Shown one piece after another: positions 49,097 through 58,433 of a stretch of DNA of 64,000 nucleotides. The DNA lies in NCBI GenBank assembly GCA_016839705.1, contig JAEOTR010000035.1, positions 1 to 64,000 on the forward strand, written 5' to 3'. The notes beneath the pieces were generated by a model. That model had not been told where the DNA came from and ran no database searches. It saw only the letters and a list, made by a program, of their open reading frames with translations. The stretch is from Promethearchaeota archaeon (GTDB lineage: Archaea; Asgardarchaeota; Lokiarchaeia; Sigyniarchaeales; SOKP01). Position numbers and translations under genes: made by a program. The stretch's first letter is position 1. Each line of letters starts with the position of its first letter.

Positions 49097-49651
49097 TTAT
49101 TGAGTAGTCACATCTTTCGCTTTTGCTTCTGCTTTTGCTGCCTTTTTTTGCTTCTTTGCTAATTTTGGATCTCCAAAAGAAGGGTTGATTTTTGAACCTT
49201 TTACCGGGAGGATGCATGTAGCATCTTTTTTTTCCGAACCTCTAGAAGCAACCATGCCTGTTTTTTGATTGAAGTGTAGCTCCAATCGCCATTGATTAAA
49301 TTTATCATCTTCCTTCCCTTTTCCCTTTTTTTTTTGCCAGTTAGGTAATTTGATTGAAAAGGGAAATTCTTTCTTTTCTCCTGACTTTAACTTATCATCC
49401 GATGCAATATCCCATTGTTTTAATTCCTTTTTTTGTGGCACCCAAGATTCAGTTTCCTCACCAGATTCGGGGTCTCTTCGGGTTATAAATGCTTGATACA
49501 TATCATACAGTTCAATAAACAGTTTTTTTAATTTTTTATCCTTCTTTTCTCCGTTTGTTACTATAATTTTCCCTTCAATTTCGTCATCAGGTTTGACAAT
49601 TAACGGAGGATTCTTAATCTCATATGCCACATGAACTTTTGTTCCGACCAT
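49097..49651 (-). CDS. arrestin-N / SpoOM-like beta-sandwich protein
   Basis: PDDEIEGKIIV..., LKSGEKKEFPFSIKLP pattern. Confidence 0.55.
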   Translation of the reverse strand: MVGTKVHVAYEIKNPPLIVKPDDEIEGKIIVTNGEKKDKKLKKLFIELYDMYQAFITRRDPESGEETESWVPQKKELKQWDIASDDKLKSGEKKEFPFSIKLPNWQKKKGKGKEDDKFNQWRLELHFNQKTGMVASRGSEKKDATCILPVKGSKINPSFGDPKLAKKQKKAAKAEAKAKDVTTQ

Positions 49652-49779
49652 AATTTTTACACCTAGAAAAATAATAAATTTAGTATATTTAAAATAGGTG
49701 TATTCAGTGATGATATATCAATTTTGATTCCCTTCTCTCACTATCAAAAAAGTGAAAAAGAAAAAAGAAAAAGATGAAT

Positions 49780-50283
49780 TTATAATTTTGAACCGCAATA
49801 TGAGCAAAATACAGCAGATTCTTTAGCTTTTGCTGTTCCACAATTAGGACAATAGCTTACCTTTCCCGCTGGAGTAGCTGTTTGAGTTGTTGTGCTGACT
49901 TCAACATGAGTCATCTGACCCGTAGAAGAAGAAAACTTACCACGTAATGATCCATTTGCTTTTAAATCTAAAATAATTGCTCGTACGTCTCTTATAGTGA
50001 TGCTCGTATTTTTACTAATCTCTTCAATTGTAGCTTCAGGATGCTCTTCATACTCATATAATACAGCATTCCTTAGTTTACTTTTATTAGCCCAAGCTGC
50101 AATTTGACGCGCTATAATTGCCACCCCGAGAACAAGCCACGCAATTCCCCACCAACTAATCACCCAATTATACAAGATCGGTCGTATGAATAGATCATTT
50201 AATCCCCAGTAAATCAGTACACCAGCTATAATAAGAGAACAAACACTTAATCCTTCAGAATATTGGTTTCGTTTATATTTCAT
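49780..50283 (-). CDS. 2-TM + wHTH (PCI-like) + zinc-ribbon protein
   Basis: Two TM; TIEEISK..I...V..II.DL...G.LRG; YCPNCG...FCSYCGSKL. Confidence 0.75.
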   Translation of the reverse strand: MKYKRNQYSEGLSVCSLIIAGVLIYWGLNDLFIRPILYNWVISWWGIAWLVLGVAIIARQIAAWANKSKLRNAVLYEYEEHPEATIEEISKNTSITIRDVRAIILDLKANGSLRGKFSSSTGQMTHVEVSTTTQTATPAGKVSYCPNCGTAKAKESAVFCSYCGSKL

Positions 50284-50389
50284 TTTTTATCACTTTATTG
50301 ACTTATATTAAAGCAGATATTGGATTACAATTGTTGATTGAAATATAAAGTTTTATTCTATAATGAAAAAGAGAAATTCGAAAATTCTC

Positions 50390-50878
50390 TTAATATATTT
50401 CATCTACATAAGATCTTAACATATTTATATCATCGAAGTAAAACAAGCTTTCTCCTTCTCTAAAAAAAGGGGTTAACAAACCTCCTCTTTTTAATACCGC
50501 TGTGATATCAACATCTTTTAAAACAAAGACTCTAGTCTTTTCTGAAAATTCTTTGAATGAGAGGATAATTCCCATTTCAATCATATGGCCTCCTTTATCA
50601 TGTTCAATAACCATAATGATTTCATCTGAAAATTTTGCAATAAGATCAAATTTTAAAATTAAGTTTTCAAGGTGAGTACGTCTAAATTCCTTCTCAAAAA
50701 ATCCAAGATTATTTTCAATCCTATTTACGATTTTTTGTACTTCCTGAAGGTTCTTAAAAGTATCTTCGTCGTATGAACCACAAATAAAAATTTTCTTTTT
50801 GGTTAAATCATAAACCGAAAATATGTTGATAAATTCATCTAAAAATTCATCCCAGGCACTATCATGTGAAACTAGCAT
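50390..50878 (-). CDS. hypothetical protein, nucleoside 2-deoxyribosyltransferase-like fold
   Basis: KIFICGSY ... SDEIIMVIEHDKGGHMIEMG pattern. Confidence 0.55.
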   Translation of the reverse strand: MLVSHDSAWDEFLDEFINIFSVYDLTKKKIFICGSYDEDTFKNLQEVQKIVNRIENNLGFFEKEFRRTHLENLILKFDLIAKFSDEIIMVIEHDKGGHMIEMGIILSFKEFSEKTRVFVLKDVDITAVLKRGGLLTPFFREGESLFYFDDINMLRSYVDEIY

Positions 50879-50950
50879 TATTTTCCCCTAATCTATGTAA
50901 AATAAGTTAAAAATTCATATATACTATAAAATATTATATATCAATGATAA

Positions 50951-50974
50951 TTGACTCAATTGATTTTGAGTTAA
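50951..50974. promoter_or_regulatory. inverted repeat TTGACTCAA-N6-TTGAGTTAA (putative operator)
   Basis: 8/9 arm match, between divergent genes and next to TTTATATA. Confidence 0.55.
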
Positions 50975-51050
50975 ATTTATATATGTGATTATGCTTATCT
51001 AGCTTAGAACTAGATGAAAAAACAAATATAAATATGAGGAGGTTGTCAAT

Positions 51051-51392
51051 TTGGAGACTCCTAAAAAATTAGAAAATAAGAGGAAAGAACTGGAAATTAT
51101 CTCTGAGAAAACACGTTACAAAATATTACTTACTTTATTGGCAAGTGAAACTTCATTGTCTTTCAGTCGGTTAAAAGAATTATTACCATCCATCCCTGAG
51201 AATAATTTGAATTATCACCTAAAGATTCTGAAAGACAACGATTTTATCAAGAATGAGAAAAGAATGGAATATAAACGATCTGAACCTCGTTCTTTTTATT
51301 CTCTCAGTAAAAAATCAGTAGGTCTGCTTGGAAGTTTAGGATTGACATCAGTTAAAGAAGAATTTCAAGCACTATTCAAACAAATGACCTAA
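51051..51392 (+). CDS. ArsR/winged-helix transcriptional regulator
   Basis: TRYKILLTL..LSFSRL..NNLNYHLKIL..FYSLS; GGAGG RBS, TTG start. Confidence 0.85.
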   Translation: METPKKLENKRKELEIISEKTRYKILLTLLASETSLSFSRLKELLPSIPENNLNYHLKILKDNDFIKNEKRMEYKRSEPRSFYSLSKKSVGLLGSLGLTSVKEEFQALFKQMT

Positions 51393-51642
51393 TTTAATGT
51401 TTTTTAATTTTAATGAATATTCAAAAAGCTAAAAATAGTGTGAAGTATGAATCCAAACTATGCCAGAAAGTTTATGGCCACTCAGATTAAAAATGCTGTA
51501 GGAGCAACCATTAAGGAATTCCTTGATGATTTAAAAAGTGGAATGATAATTTCCAAGATCCAACATAAATGGGAAAAAAAGTGAATAAGGGCTAAAAAAA
51601 AACTTCCCTTTTTACACATTTTAGCATTTAAAGCAAAGAAAC

Positions 51643-52056
51643 ATGACTTTTTCAGTGTCAGTAAAAAATGACATTTATTCTCCAACCATTACTATTTATA
51701 CCCCTGAGATTGGTGATATATTCATTGATTTTCCCCCAATTTATAGCATAGCTGTTGAAGAACCGAATTTAAATATAATGTGGTTTACACTAGATAACGG
51801 TACTACTAAGGTTACAATTGCAGATTTGACAGGAGTAATTGATCAATCCGCTTGGGATGTTATCCCTGATGGGCATTTGACGCTTACCATTTATGCAATG
51901 GATAAACCGGGTAATATAGGTCAGAATTCAGTAATAATAACAAAAAGATCAACTCCCGAGCAAATCCCTCCTGCTATTCCCGGATACGATATAATCGCAC
52001 TTCTCGGAGTATTTTGCATTGTAACTATAATTATACTGAAAAAAAGAACTAACTAA
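51643..52056 (+). pseudogene. orphan C-terminal fragment of a surface protein (Ig-like repeat + Loki-CTERM-like tail)
   Basis: DIYSPTITI..WFTLDNG..YAMDKPGN Ig-like unit; PAIPGY-TM-KKR; no signal peptide. Confidence 0.7.
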
Positions 52057-52109
52057 CCTTTTTATTTTCCTTTAATATAACGTCATTGCTTGTTATTAAT
52101 CAAAATATA

Positions 52110-52433
52110 TTATTTTAATTTTTCTTCTAACGCTTCTTCTCCAACAAGAACCGCAGCAATAAAACAAAAACACGAAAATAGAATTAAAAATACAGAACTT
52201 AACTGATAACATTCGAGATTATTACTACTGAAACAAATACGACTAATCGTCATATATGATATTAAGAAAACAATAAATAAGATATAAGAGATGACCATTA
52301 GATATATCTTTACTAGCTTTATCTTTCCTTTCTTTGGCTTTGATTTCTTATCAGGATGTAAGCGTAGTTCACACCTTGGACATAAAACACCACTCCCTTC
52401 TATTTCTGAACCACACATCTCACAATGCAACAT
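52110..52433 (-). CDS. zinc-ribbon + 2-TM protein
   Basis: CEMCG...CPRC followed by two TM. Confidence 0.7.
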   Translation of the reverse strand: MLHCEMCGSEIEGSGVLCPRCELRLHPDKKSKPKKGKIKLVKIYLMVISYILFIVFLISYMTISRICFSSNNLECYQLSSVFLILFSCFCFIAAVLVGEEALEEKLK

Positions 52434-52517
52434 AATTCTAGAAAAGGTAAATACTAAGTTTTGTAATTATTTATTAAAGAATAGGATTTGTATCTCCCAC
52501 ACTAGTAGAATATCATA

Positions 52518-52919
52518 ATGAATAAACAGAATATTGTTTCAAGTATAGCTTATTGTGGATTAATCTGTAAATTATGTCATCTTTCGGATGAGTGTGATGG
52601 GTGTAAATCAAAAAATAATAGATGTAGTAAATATCTGAGTTCGACCGGATGCTACCAATTCAAATGTTGCGTTGAAAAGACAATTAATGGATGTTGGGAA
52701 TGTGCTGAATTTCCTTGTAATAAAGATATGTATAGTGACACTTATAGCCCTAAAATTAGAGCCTTTGCTAGATGTATTCGAGAAGATGGAATAGAAAAAT
52801 TTGCCAGTTATATTCTTGATGCTATAAAAAGAGGATTAGATATTAGGAAGGAAGGTGATTTGGATCTAAAAATAGAACGAGAAGTTTTAGATATTTTAAG
52901 AAAAGATCTCCACCACTAG
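52518..52919 (+). CDS. DUF3795-type Cys-rich protein
   Basis: YCGLICKLC...CDGC...CYQFKCC...GCWECAEFPC. Confidence 0.8.
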   Translation: MNKQNIVSSIAYCGLICKLCHLSDECDGCKSKNNRCSKYLSSTGCYQFKCCVEKTINGCWECAEFPCNKDMYSDTYSPKIRAFARCIREDGIEKFASYILDAIKRGLDIRKEGDLDLKIEREVLDILRKDLHH

Positions 52920-52957
52920 CATTTAAAATTACCAACCTTGCCTTAAGATTGAAAATT

Positions 52958-53356
52958 TTAGTCTACAAGGTTCTCAAGAAGTTCTGTCGCTTCTTCCATG
53001 ATTTTCTCGTTAGGCATGGATGTAAAAATAAATCCTCCTGAAAACCCTGAATAATATCCGTCATAACCTTCAACGAATTCTTTTAATTCAGAAAATTCAT
53101 CTTTCTCCAGCCAAATCTTACGTTTCAGCTTTAATACCCATATATCCACCTTGTCTTTAGTATGAAAATCTTTCACTATTACAAAAAACTGATTTTCGTA
53201 TAGATTCTCCTTAGATCCTCTTCTCTTGATCGGTTTTTTTTCAGGGCGGACTGGTTTCGTTTTCTTATTGTAATAGCTATTAACAATGTCTATTATAATA
53301 GAAATATGTTCTTCAAGATTCTTACTTGATAAATATTTCGTTAACTCCTCTTTCAT
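52958..53356 (-). CDS. hypothetical protein with GYYSxFxxGFxF domain
   Basis: HTKDKVDIWVLKL...EFSELK..V...DGYYSGFSGGFIF. Confidence 0.65.
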   Translation of the reverse strand: MKEELTKYLSSKNLEEHISIIIDIVNSYYNKKTKPVRPEKKPIKRRGSKENLYENQFFVIVKDFHTKDKVDIWVLKLKRKIWLEKDEFSELKEFVEGYDGYYSGFSGGFIFTSMPNEKIMEEATELLENLVD

Positions 53357-53658
53357 CTCTTGGAATACTGTTATATTATATCACACCTATTCATGTGTTC
53401 AATTTTAAAATAATTTTATTATGATATTGTGAGAATCATTCTAATAAATCTATGGGTGGAGCCATGATTTATTGATTTAGGAATACTTACCCGGAAGTAA
53501 TCTAATTCTGTATTAAAAATCTTTTGAAAAAGTCAAAACCTATTTACTTAGACACATTAAATAGCTATAAACCAATACCAAGAAAAGATTGATCACAGTC
53601 TTAAGGATATGCTTTAATGAACTAGAAAAAATTTATTTACCATTTTACACCATTTTGC

Positions 53659-54441
53659 TTAACAGAATTCAGTCTCTAATCTCTCAATAAAAATTCTATG
53701 TCTTTCGGCTGCGGTTCGAAAATCATCTTCAATCTCATTAAATCTTGAATAGAGTCTCCCCACTTGTTGCGTTGTTAAATTACGATCCATCCATGGGAAT
53801 AAGATCTCATCTTCCTTTTTGATATGTTCAGGCAAGATCTCAGCATATGCTGTTAAATTCGCAGCAAGAGCATCTTTATCTTTATTTTCAATAGCCTCAA
53901 GCATTGCTTTCACATGAGCCCGAACTCTTACATGATCCTTTCGAATAACCTGAATCATAGCTAAATTCTCATCAAAATATTTGAAAGCCTCGTCCTCCTC
54001 TTTAGCATGATGGAATTTGTCAGCATAATTACGAATGAAATCAATACCTTGATCAATGAGTTGTAAACCCTCCTCTGTTTCTAGGTCTAAATTTTCAATT
54101 ACTTTCGGAATAAGTGCTACCCATCTCTTTATCAAAACATGCTCACTCACCATTTTTTTCATAGGGGGTGAATACTTAAATAGCTTTTTCTCTTGATTCT
54201 CTCTTCTCCTTTTTGGAATCACAACACTCTTATCAGGATAGATAACCTTTGAAATTCTGAGCATTAATTCTGCTTCTAAATCCTCATCTACATCATGAAT
54301 CTCCACAATATCCTTCAATAGACATAATCCTTCACCGCAAGTACCACACCCAATCTCATACTCATCTAAAATCTGCTCAATTTCAGGAAATTCCGTTATA
54401 ATTTCTTTAACGCCTTTATTAAGATATTCTTCTATACTCAC
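53659..54441 (-). CDS. hemerythrin-domain protein with N-terminal DUF1858/ScdA-like Cys domain
   Basis: IGCGTCGEGLC; EH, YADKFHHAKEE, DH, EHIKKEDEILF. Confidence 0.88.
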   Translation of the reverse strand: MSIEEYLNKGVKEIITEFPEIEQILDEYEIGCGTCGEGLCLLKDIVEIHDVDEDLEAELMLRISKVIYPDKSVVIPKRRRENQEKKLFKYSPPMKKMVSEHVLIKRWVALIPKVIENLDLETEEGLQLIDQGIDFIRNYADKFHHAKEEDEAFKYFDENLAMIQVIRKDHVRVRAHVKAMLEAIENKDKDALAANLTAYAEILPEHIKKEDEILFPWMDRNLTTQQVGRLYSRFNEIEDDFRTAAERHRIFIERLETEFC

Positions 54442-55110
54442 TCAATTTTCACCTTAATTTATTAATTCAAATCATAATCTAATCAAAGCCTACAATCATT
54501 TAATCTTAGCTGCGAACATGTTCCAGAAGCCTTATGCTGAAATTAGTATTATAATATAATCACCACATTTCGAGGATAATTCATTTTTGTAGAATATGTG
54601 ATAATTTGAATTAAAAAAAAAAAGATAGTTTTATTAATAAATGGGGATATACGGCTTGTTTTTAATAATTATTAATTCTAGCCAATCCAATTGTTTTGTT
54701 TTCATTTTTTTAAACCACTTATTTTGTTTTTTTTGTTTAGTGTTAAGATTAATAGAGATTGAGACTCTAATAAGAGCATGTTCGTCAATATAGAAAAAAA
54801 TCAATAATGGGGATTTATAACCATTAAATAGAAAGAATGGTAATTTATCATCGAAATTATACAACCTAAAAATTAAGAAATGTCGATGAAATTCACTTTT
54901 GTATCCTGATATGAAAACAAATTGATAGAAAAAATACCAAAATTTATTCAAGTAAGTTGAAGTTTGGGAAGTAAATTTAAATTATTAGCTCATTGAATTC
55001 TTAATCTAAATCTTTAATTATTTATTAATAATAGTTTTAAATAAAAAGTAAATTAAATAATAATATACACTTTTAAGGTGTAAGTTAACAATTATAAGAT
55101 ATAAAAAAAG

Positions 55111-55353
55111 GTGATAAATGTGGGAAGATCAAATGGGGTCATTTCTCTACTAACGGGAATAATAGCAATCGTATTGGCACTAATATTAAATTTTATGTTC
55201 TCCTTTATGTATGGAGATATTATCTTTTACGTACTTGTCGCCCTTGCGATACTTTTCGGCATACTTGGAATCGCATATGATGATTCAAAAAGCTATGGTT
55301 TGGGGGGTTTGATTCTGGGAATTGTTGCATTAGTTATATGGTTCGTGATATAA
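55111..55353 (+). CDS. small 3-TM membrane protein
   Basis: AILFGILGI..GLGGLILGIV pattern. Confidence 0.7.
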   Translation: MINVGRSNGVISLLTGIIAIVLALILNFMFSFMYGDIIFYVLVALAILFGILGIAYDDSKSYGLGGLILGIVALVIWFVI

Positions 55354-55491
55354 TAATCACAATATAAAAATTTAATTCATATTTTTTTATTATTTTTTTA
55401 TTTTTGAACTACTGAGAATTAAAATTAAATATCACCTTATCTAAGAGACCTTGAGTATCGTGGAGATTTTACTTAATGGGCTTAATTTTTT

Positions 55492-55620
55492 TATTATAGT
55501 ACAATAATCATCGCAACAATAAATACAACAAGACAGCAAATAACCCAAGCATATCTCGTATTTGATGTTAACCTTATGCACATTTGGGACAAATTTTTTT
55601 GATGAATAAAGTTGAAAAAG
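55492..55620 (-). pseudogene. frameshifted, internally deleted copy of 56736-57232
   Basis: 55492-55600 is near-identical to 56736-56847; 55600-55620 is identical to 57212-57232. Confidence 0.85.
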
Positions 55621-55795
55621 TTGAAAAAGTGTCACGGGAAAAAAAAAGGGTTGCTGAATCCTTCGAACATAATTTCAAAATTTTTTAAGTTTTTTGCTTA
55701 TTAAGATTACTATGAGAGATAATGAAAGATTTTAAGGGTTACTGAACTTCATTAAAAAAAAAAGATTTGGGGTAGATATAATATCTAAAAATAAT

Positions 55796-56140
55796 TTAAG
55801 TAGGGGGACTCATTCCTATTATAGGAAGCGCTTCCATAACTGAAAGGTAGGTTCGAATCGTAAATGTTGATCCTTTTATGTTTTCTGATACCGCAAGATA
55901 AAGTTTAGTTACTTCTTGTGAAGCCTCAAGATAATCACCCGTAACCTTCCACACAGAAATAATTTCAAATCCCTCTTCGGCGCTGACTAAGCCAAGAACC
56001 TGCTTAGCTGGCTTCCCTTCTTGATATAAGTTGTCAAACTCTTTGCCAACTGCTGCGTCTGCTAAACTCGGGGGGTATTTCAATATTCCTGCTTCTGCTG
56101 AACTCGGGGGGTATTTCAATATTCCAATCATATAAACCAT
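55796..56140 (-). CDS. hypothetical protein with internal 12-aa duplication
   Basis: GILKYPPSSAEA-GILKYPPSLADA; ferredoxin-like beta/alpha pattern. Confidence 0.7.
   Translation of the reverse strand: MVYMIGILKYPPSSAEAGILKYPPSLADAAVGKEFDNLYQEGKPAKQVLGLVSAEEGFEIISVWKVTGDYLEASQEVTKLYLAVSENIKGSTFTIRTYLSVMEALPIIGMSPPT
56054..56125. repeat. 36-bp tandem duplication
   Basis: AACTCGGGGGGTATTTCAATATTCC at 56065 and 56101. Confidence 0.9.
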
Positions 56141-56367
56141 ATGTTCTCACCTTATTCATACTATATAAAATACACATTGAATTAATTCTAACAATGTGAA
56201 ATAATTCTATACGAATTAATATTTAAGCTTTGACACTTGTGTAGAAAAGACTCATAGTTTTATTATTTTCTCTCATCAAATCTTAGATAGGCTTTTTAAA
56301 GTATTATTAAAAGTTCATTTTTATTTCGAATGCAAAAAATTATCAAAAAGCTTTAATAAATTCTTTT

Positions 56368-56737
56368 TCAGTAGGCAATTAATTCAATCAAGGAAATGAC
56401 TGCTTTTTTCTTTAAAAGAATTGAGCCATTCAACGAAATCAAGCTTACTCAATCTATTAGAAATTCCTAAAAGATTTGAAGTGCCATCAGCGATGGAAGT
56501 CATTCTTTCGAGTTCGATTGTATATTGAGGATTGGTTTTATTATAAGTCTCTAAATGCTATGTTGCTTTTTCCTGATCGCCTGCTAGCTCGGAAATCTGC
56601 CCCAGAAACTCATGCATCTGTGCATCATCATTAAGATCCAAGAATTTTTCTAAGCATTGAATCCCTTCTTTTAGTTCTCCAAGGATGATATGATATCCTC
56701 CTAGTCGTTCCCATGACTCAAAAATCTTAAATCGATA
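56368..56737 (-). pseudogene. TPR-repeat gene remnant
   Basis: FESWERLGGYHIILGELKEGIQCLEKFLDL..MHEFLGQISELAGDQEKAT*; internal TAG at 56558-56560; no start codon. Confidence 0.6.
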
Positions 56738-56950
56738 TTATAGTACAACAATCATCGCAACAATAAATACAACAAGACAGCAAATAACCCAAGCATATCT
56801 CGTATTTGATGTTAACCTTATACCACATTTGGGACAAAATTTTTTTTTAATACTAAATCCACGCAACAGCCCCCATATATATTCCTTTCTGCTTTCTGGA
56901 ATCACATCTTTCTTACAAGAAACACAGTATTTTGTTTTTTCTTCACTCAA
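56738..56950 (-). CDS. zinc-ribbon protein with C-terminal TM anchor
   Basis: YCVSC...FCPKCG; terminal hydrophobic helix. Confidence 0.75.
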   Translation of the reverse strand: MSEEKTKYCVSCKKDVIPESRKEYIWGLLRGFSIKKKFCPKCGIRLTSNTRYAWVICCLVVFIVAMIVVL

Positions 56951-57210
56951 TCTTACATCACTAACGATATTTATGGATATATGTTCTCAAACCTTATTTC
57001 AGTTTAATATTAATTTAAAAGTTATCTCTTTCTCTATTCCATCCAGAAACCTTCTTCTCTTTTTTTGCTTTTTCTTAGGAATTCATTTTCACCATATAAT
57101 TGAATTTCATCAATGCTAATAATAACCAAAAATCGTATAAAAATATATTAGTTCCTGAGCTCTCAAACACTCATCCATTTTATAAAGAGATTATCAGAAT
57201 CTATATTGTT

Positions 57211-57366
57211 ATGATGAATAAAGTTGAAAAAGCAAGAAAATCCCTTATTGAACATGCGTTAAATGAAATTCGCAACATCCCGAGTTATAGTAATTATTAT
57301 ATTCATATATATTCCGTCATCGTTAAATTGGGACTACAAAGGAAAACCTACATAACCAATAAATAA
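57211..57366 (+). pseudogene. truncated N-terminal gene fragment
   Basis: MMNKVEKARKSLIEHALNEIRNIPSYSNYYIHIYSVIVKLGLQRK then degenerates. Confidence 0.4.
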
Positions 57367-57568
57367 CTAGATGTATTCATAGTATCAAACTGAAAATCCA
57401 CCACCCACTCGCCTACCAGATTATGCCCCATTTCACCCCATTTTTTGCCTTTAATCCAAAATAAAAAGTACACTTTTCCTTACTCTACATAACACTCTCC
57501 CCCCCACCTCTTTATTTCCAAAAATCGTAATATTTAAATAGGCAAATTCATACTTGTATATTAAAGTA

Positions 57569-57587
57569 TGTCAATTAATCATTGACA
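57569..57587. promoter_or_regulatory. perfect inverted repeat TGTCAAT-N5-ATTGACA upstream of grpE (putative heat-shock operator)
   Basis: Lies downstream of TTTAAATA (57533-57540), near the expected transcription start. Confidence 0.6.
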
Positions 57588-57631
57588 ATAAAAACTTTTA
57601 TGATACAAAACACACAAAAAAACCCAAAAAA

Positions 57632-58405
57632 ATGGTATTTATGCCAAGAAAAGAGAAAGGAGATATGAGATCTATGGTATTCGAGGATTTTTTTGACCAA
57701 CTATCAGGCGAGCGCGGGTATAATAGAGGACGCCGGTCCCCTGAAGCTGTTACGATTTCGAAGAATGAATTTCAGACTCTGAAGGCAAAGGCAGAGCAGT
57801 ATGAGGCCTTGGTTGAGGAGCATAAGCGGGTAAAAACGTGGAACGATCAATTATTAAAGGAGATGGATGATTTGAAAGAAGATGCCCGCGGTTTTAAGGA
57901 ACTTCAAGAGGAGAAGGAGAAGTTCTTGCGACAATTATTACAAGTTCGAGCAGATTTCGAGAATCACAAGAAGCGAGAGGCTCGAGAAGGAGCGCGATAT
58001 CGACAGTACGTTTTGGAAGGTTTGCTATTAAAGCTTCTTAATCATTACGATGATTTGGAGCGTGCGTTAAATTTGATGAAGATGCTTGAGGGGATGGAGG
58101 GTACATGGAAGGGATTCGAGATAATAGTGCGCAATTTTGAGAAGGTAATGGAAGCGGAGGGTATTAAGCCGATGGATTCAGAGGGCGAGAAATTCGATCC
58201 CTATAAGCACGAGGCGATGATGGTTGAAGAGGGTCGTGATGACATCCCTGAGAATACCATTGTTGAGGTTTTAGATAAAGGTTATTATTTACGAGATAAG
58301 GTTTTACGACCAGCGAAGGTGAAGATTTCGAAGCCTTCCAGCAAGTCAAACCAATCATCTCAATCAGGATTAAACAACTTTACAAAAAAAATAGAGGTTA
58401 ATTAG
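57632..58405 (+). CDS. grpE: nucleotide exchange factor GrpE (long N-terminal coiled coil)
   Basis: RADFENHKKR, DDLERAL, GEKFDPYKHEAM, KGYYLRDKVLRPAKVKI; start at 57632 or 57641. Confidence 0.95.
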   Translation: MVFMPRKEKGDMRSMVFEDFFDQLSGERGYNRGRRSPEAVTISKNEFQTLKAKAEQYEALVEEHKRVKTWNDQLLKEMDDLKEDARGFKELQEEKEKFLRQLLQVRADFENHKKREAREGARYRQYVLEGLLLKLLNHYDDLERALNLMKMLEGMEGTWKGFEIIVRNFEKVMEAEGIKPMDSEGEKFDPYKHEAMMVEEGRDDIPENTIVEVLDKGYYLRDKVLRPAKVKISKPSSKSNQSSQSGLNNFTKKIEVN

Positions 58406-58433
58406 TAATAATTAAGATTAAACTCAAAATGAG

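Noticed and set aside
54514-54523. Palindrome GAACATGTTC upstream of the hemerythrin gene
   Set aside because: Single 10-bp site with no cognate regulator nearby.
54634-54951. 105-aa minus-strand ORF
   Set aside because: F/K/I-biased low-complexity translation, TTG start, no motif; likely spurious or degraded DNA.
55492-56847. Possible DGR template/variable repeat pair
   Set aside because: Few differences, including indels, that are not adenine-specific; no reverse transcriptase in the window.
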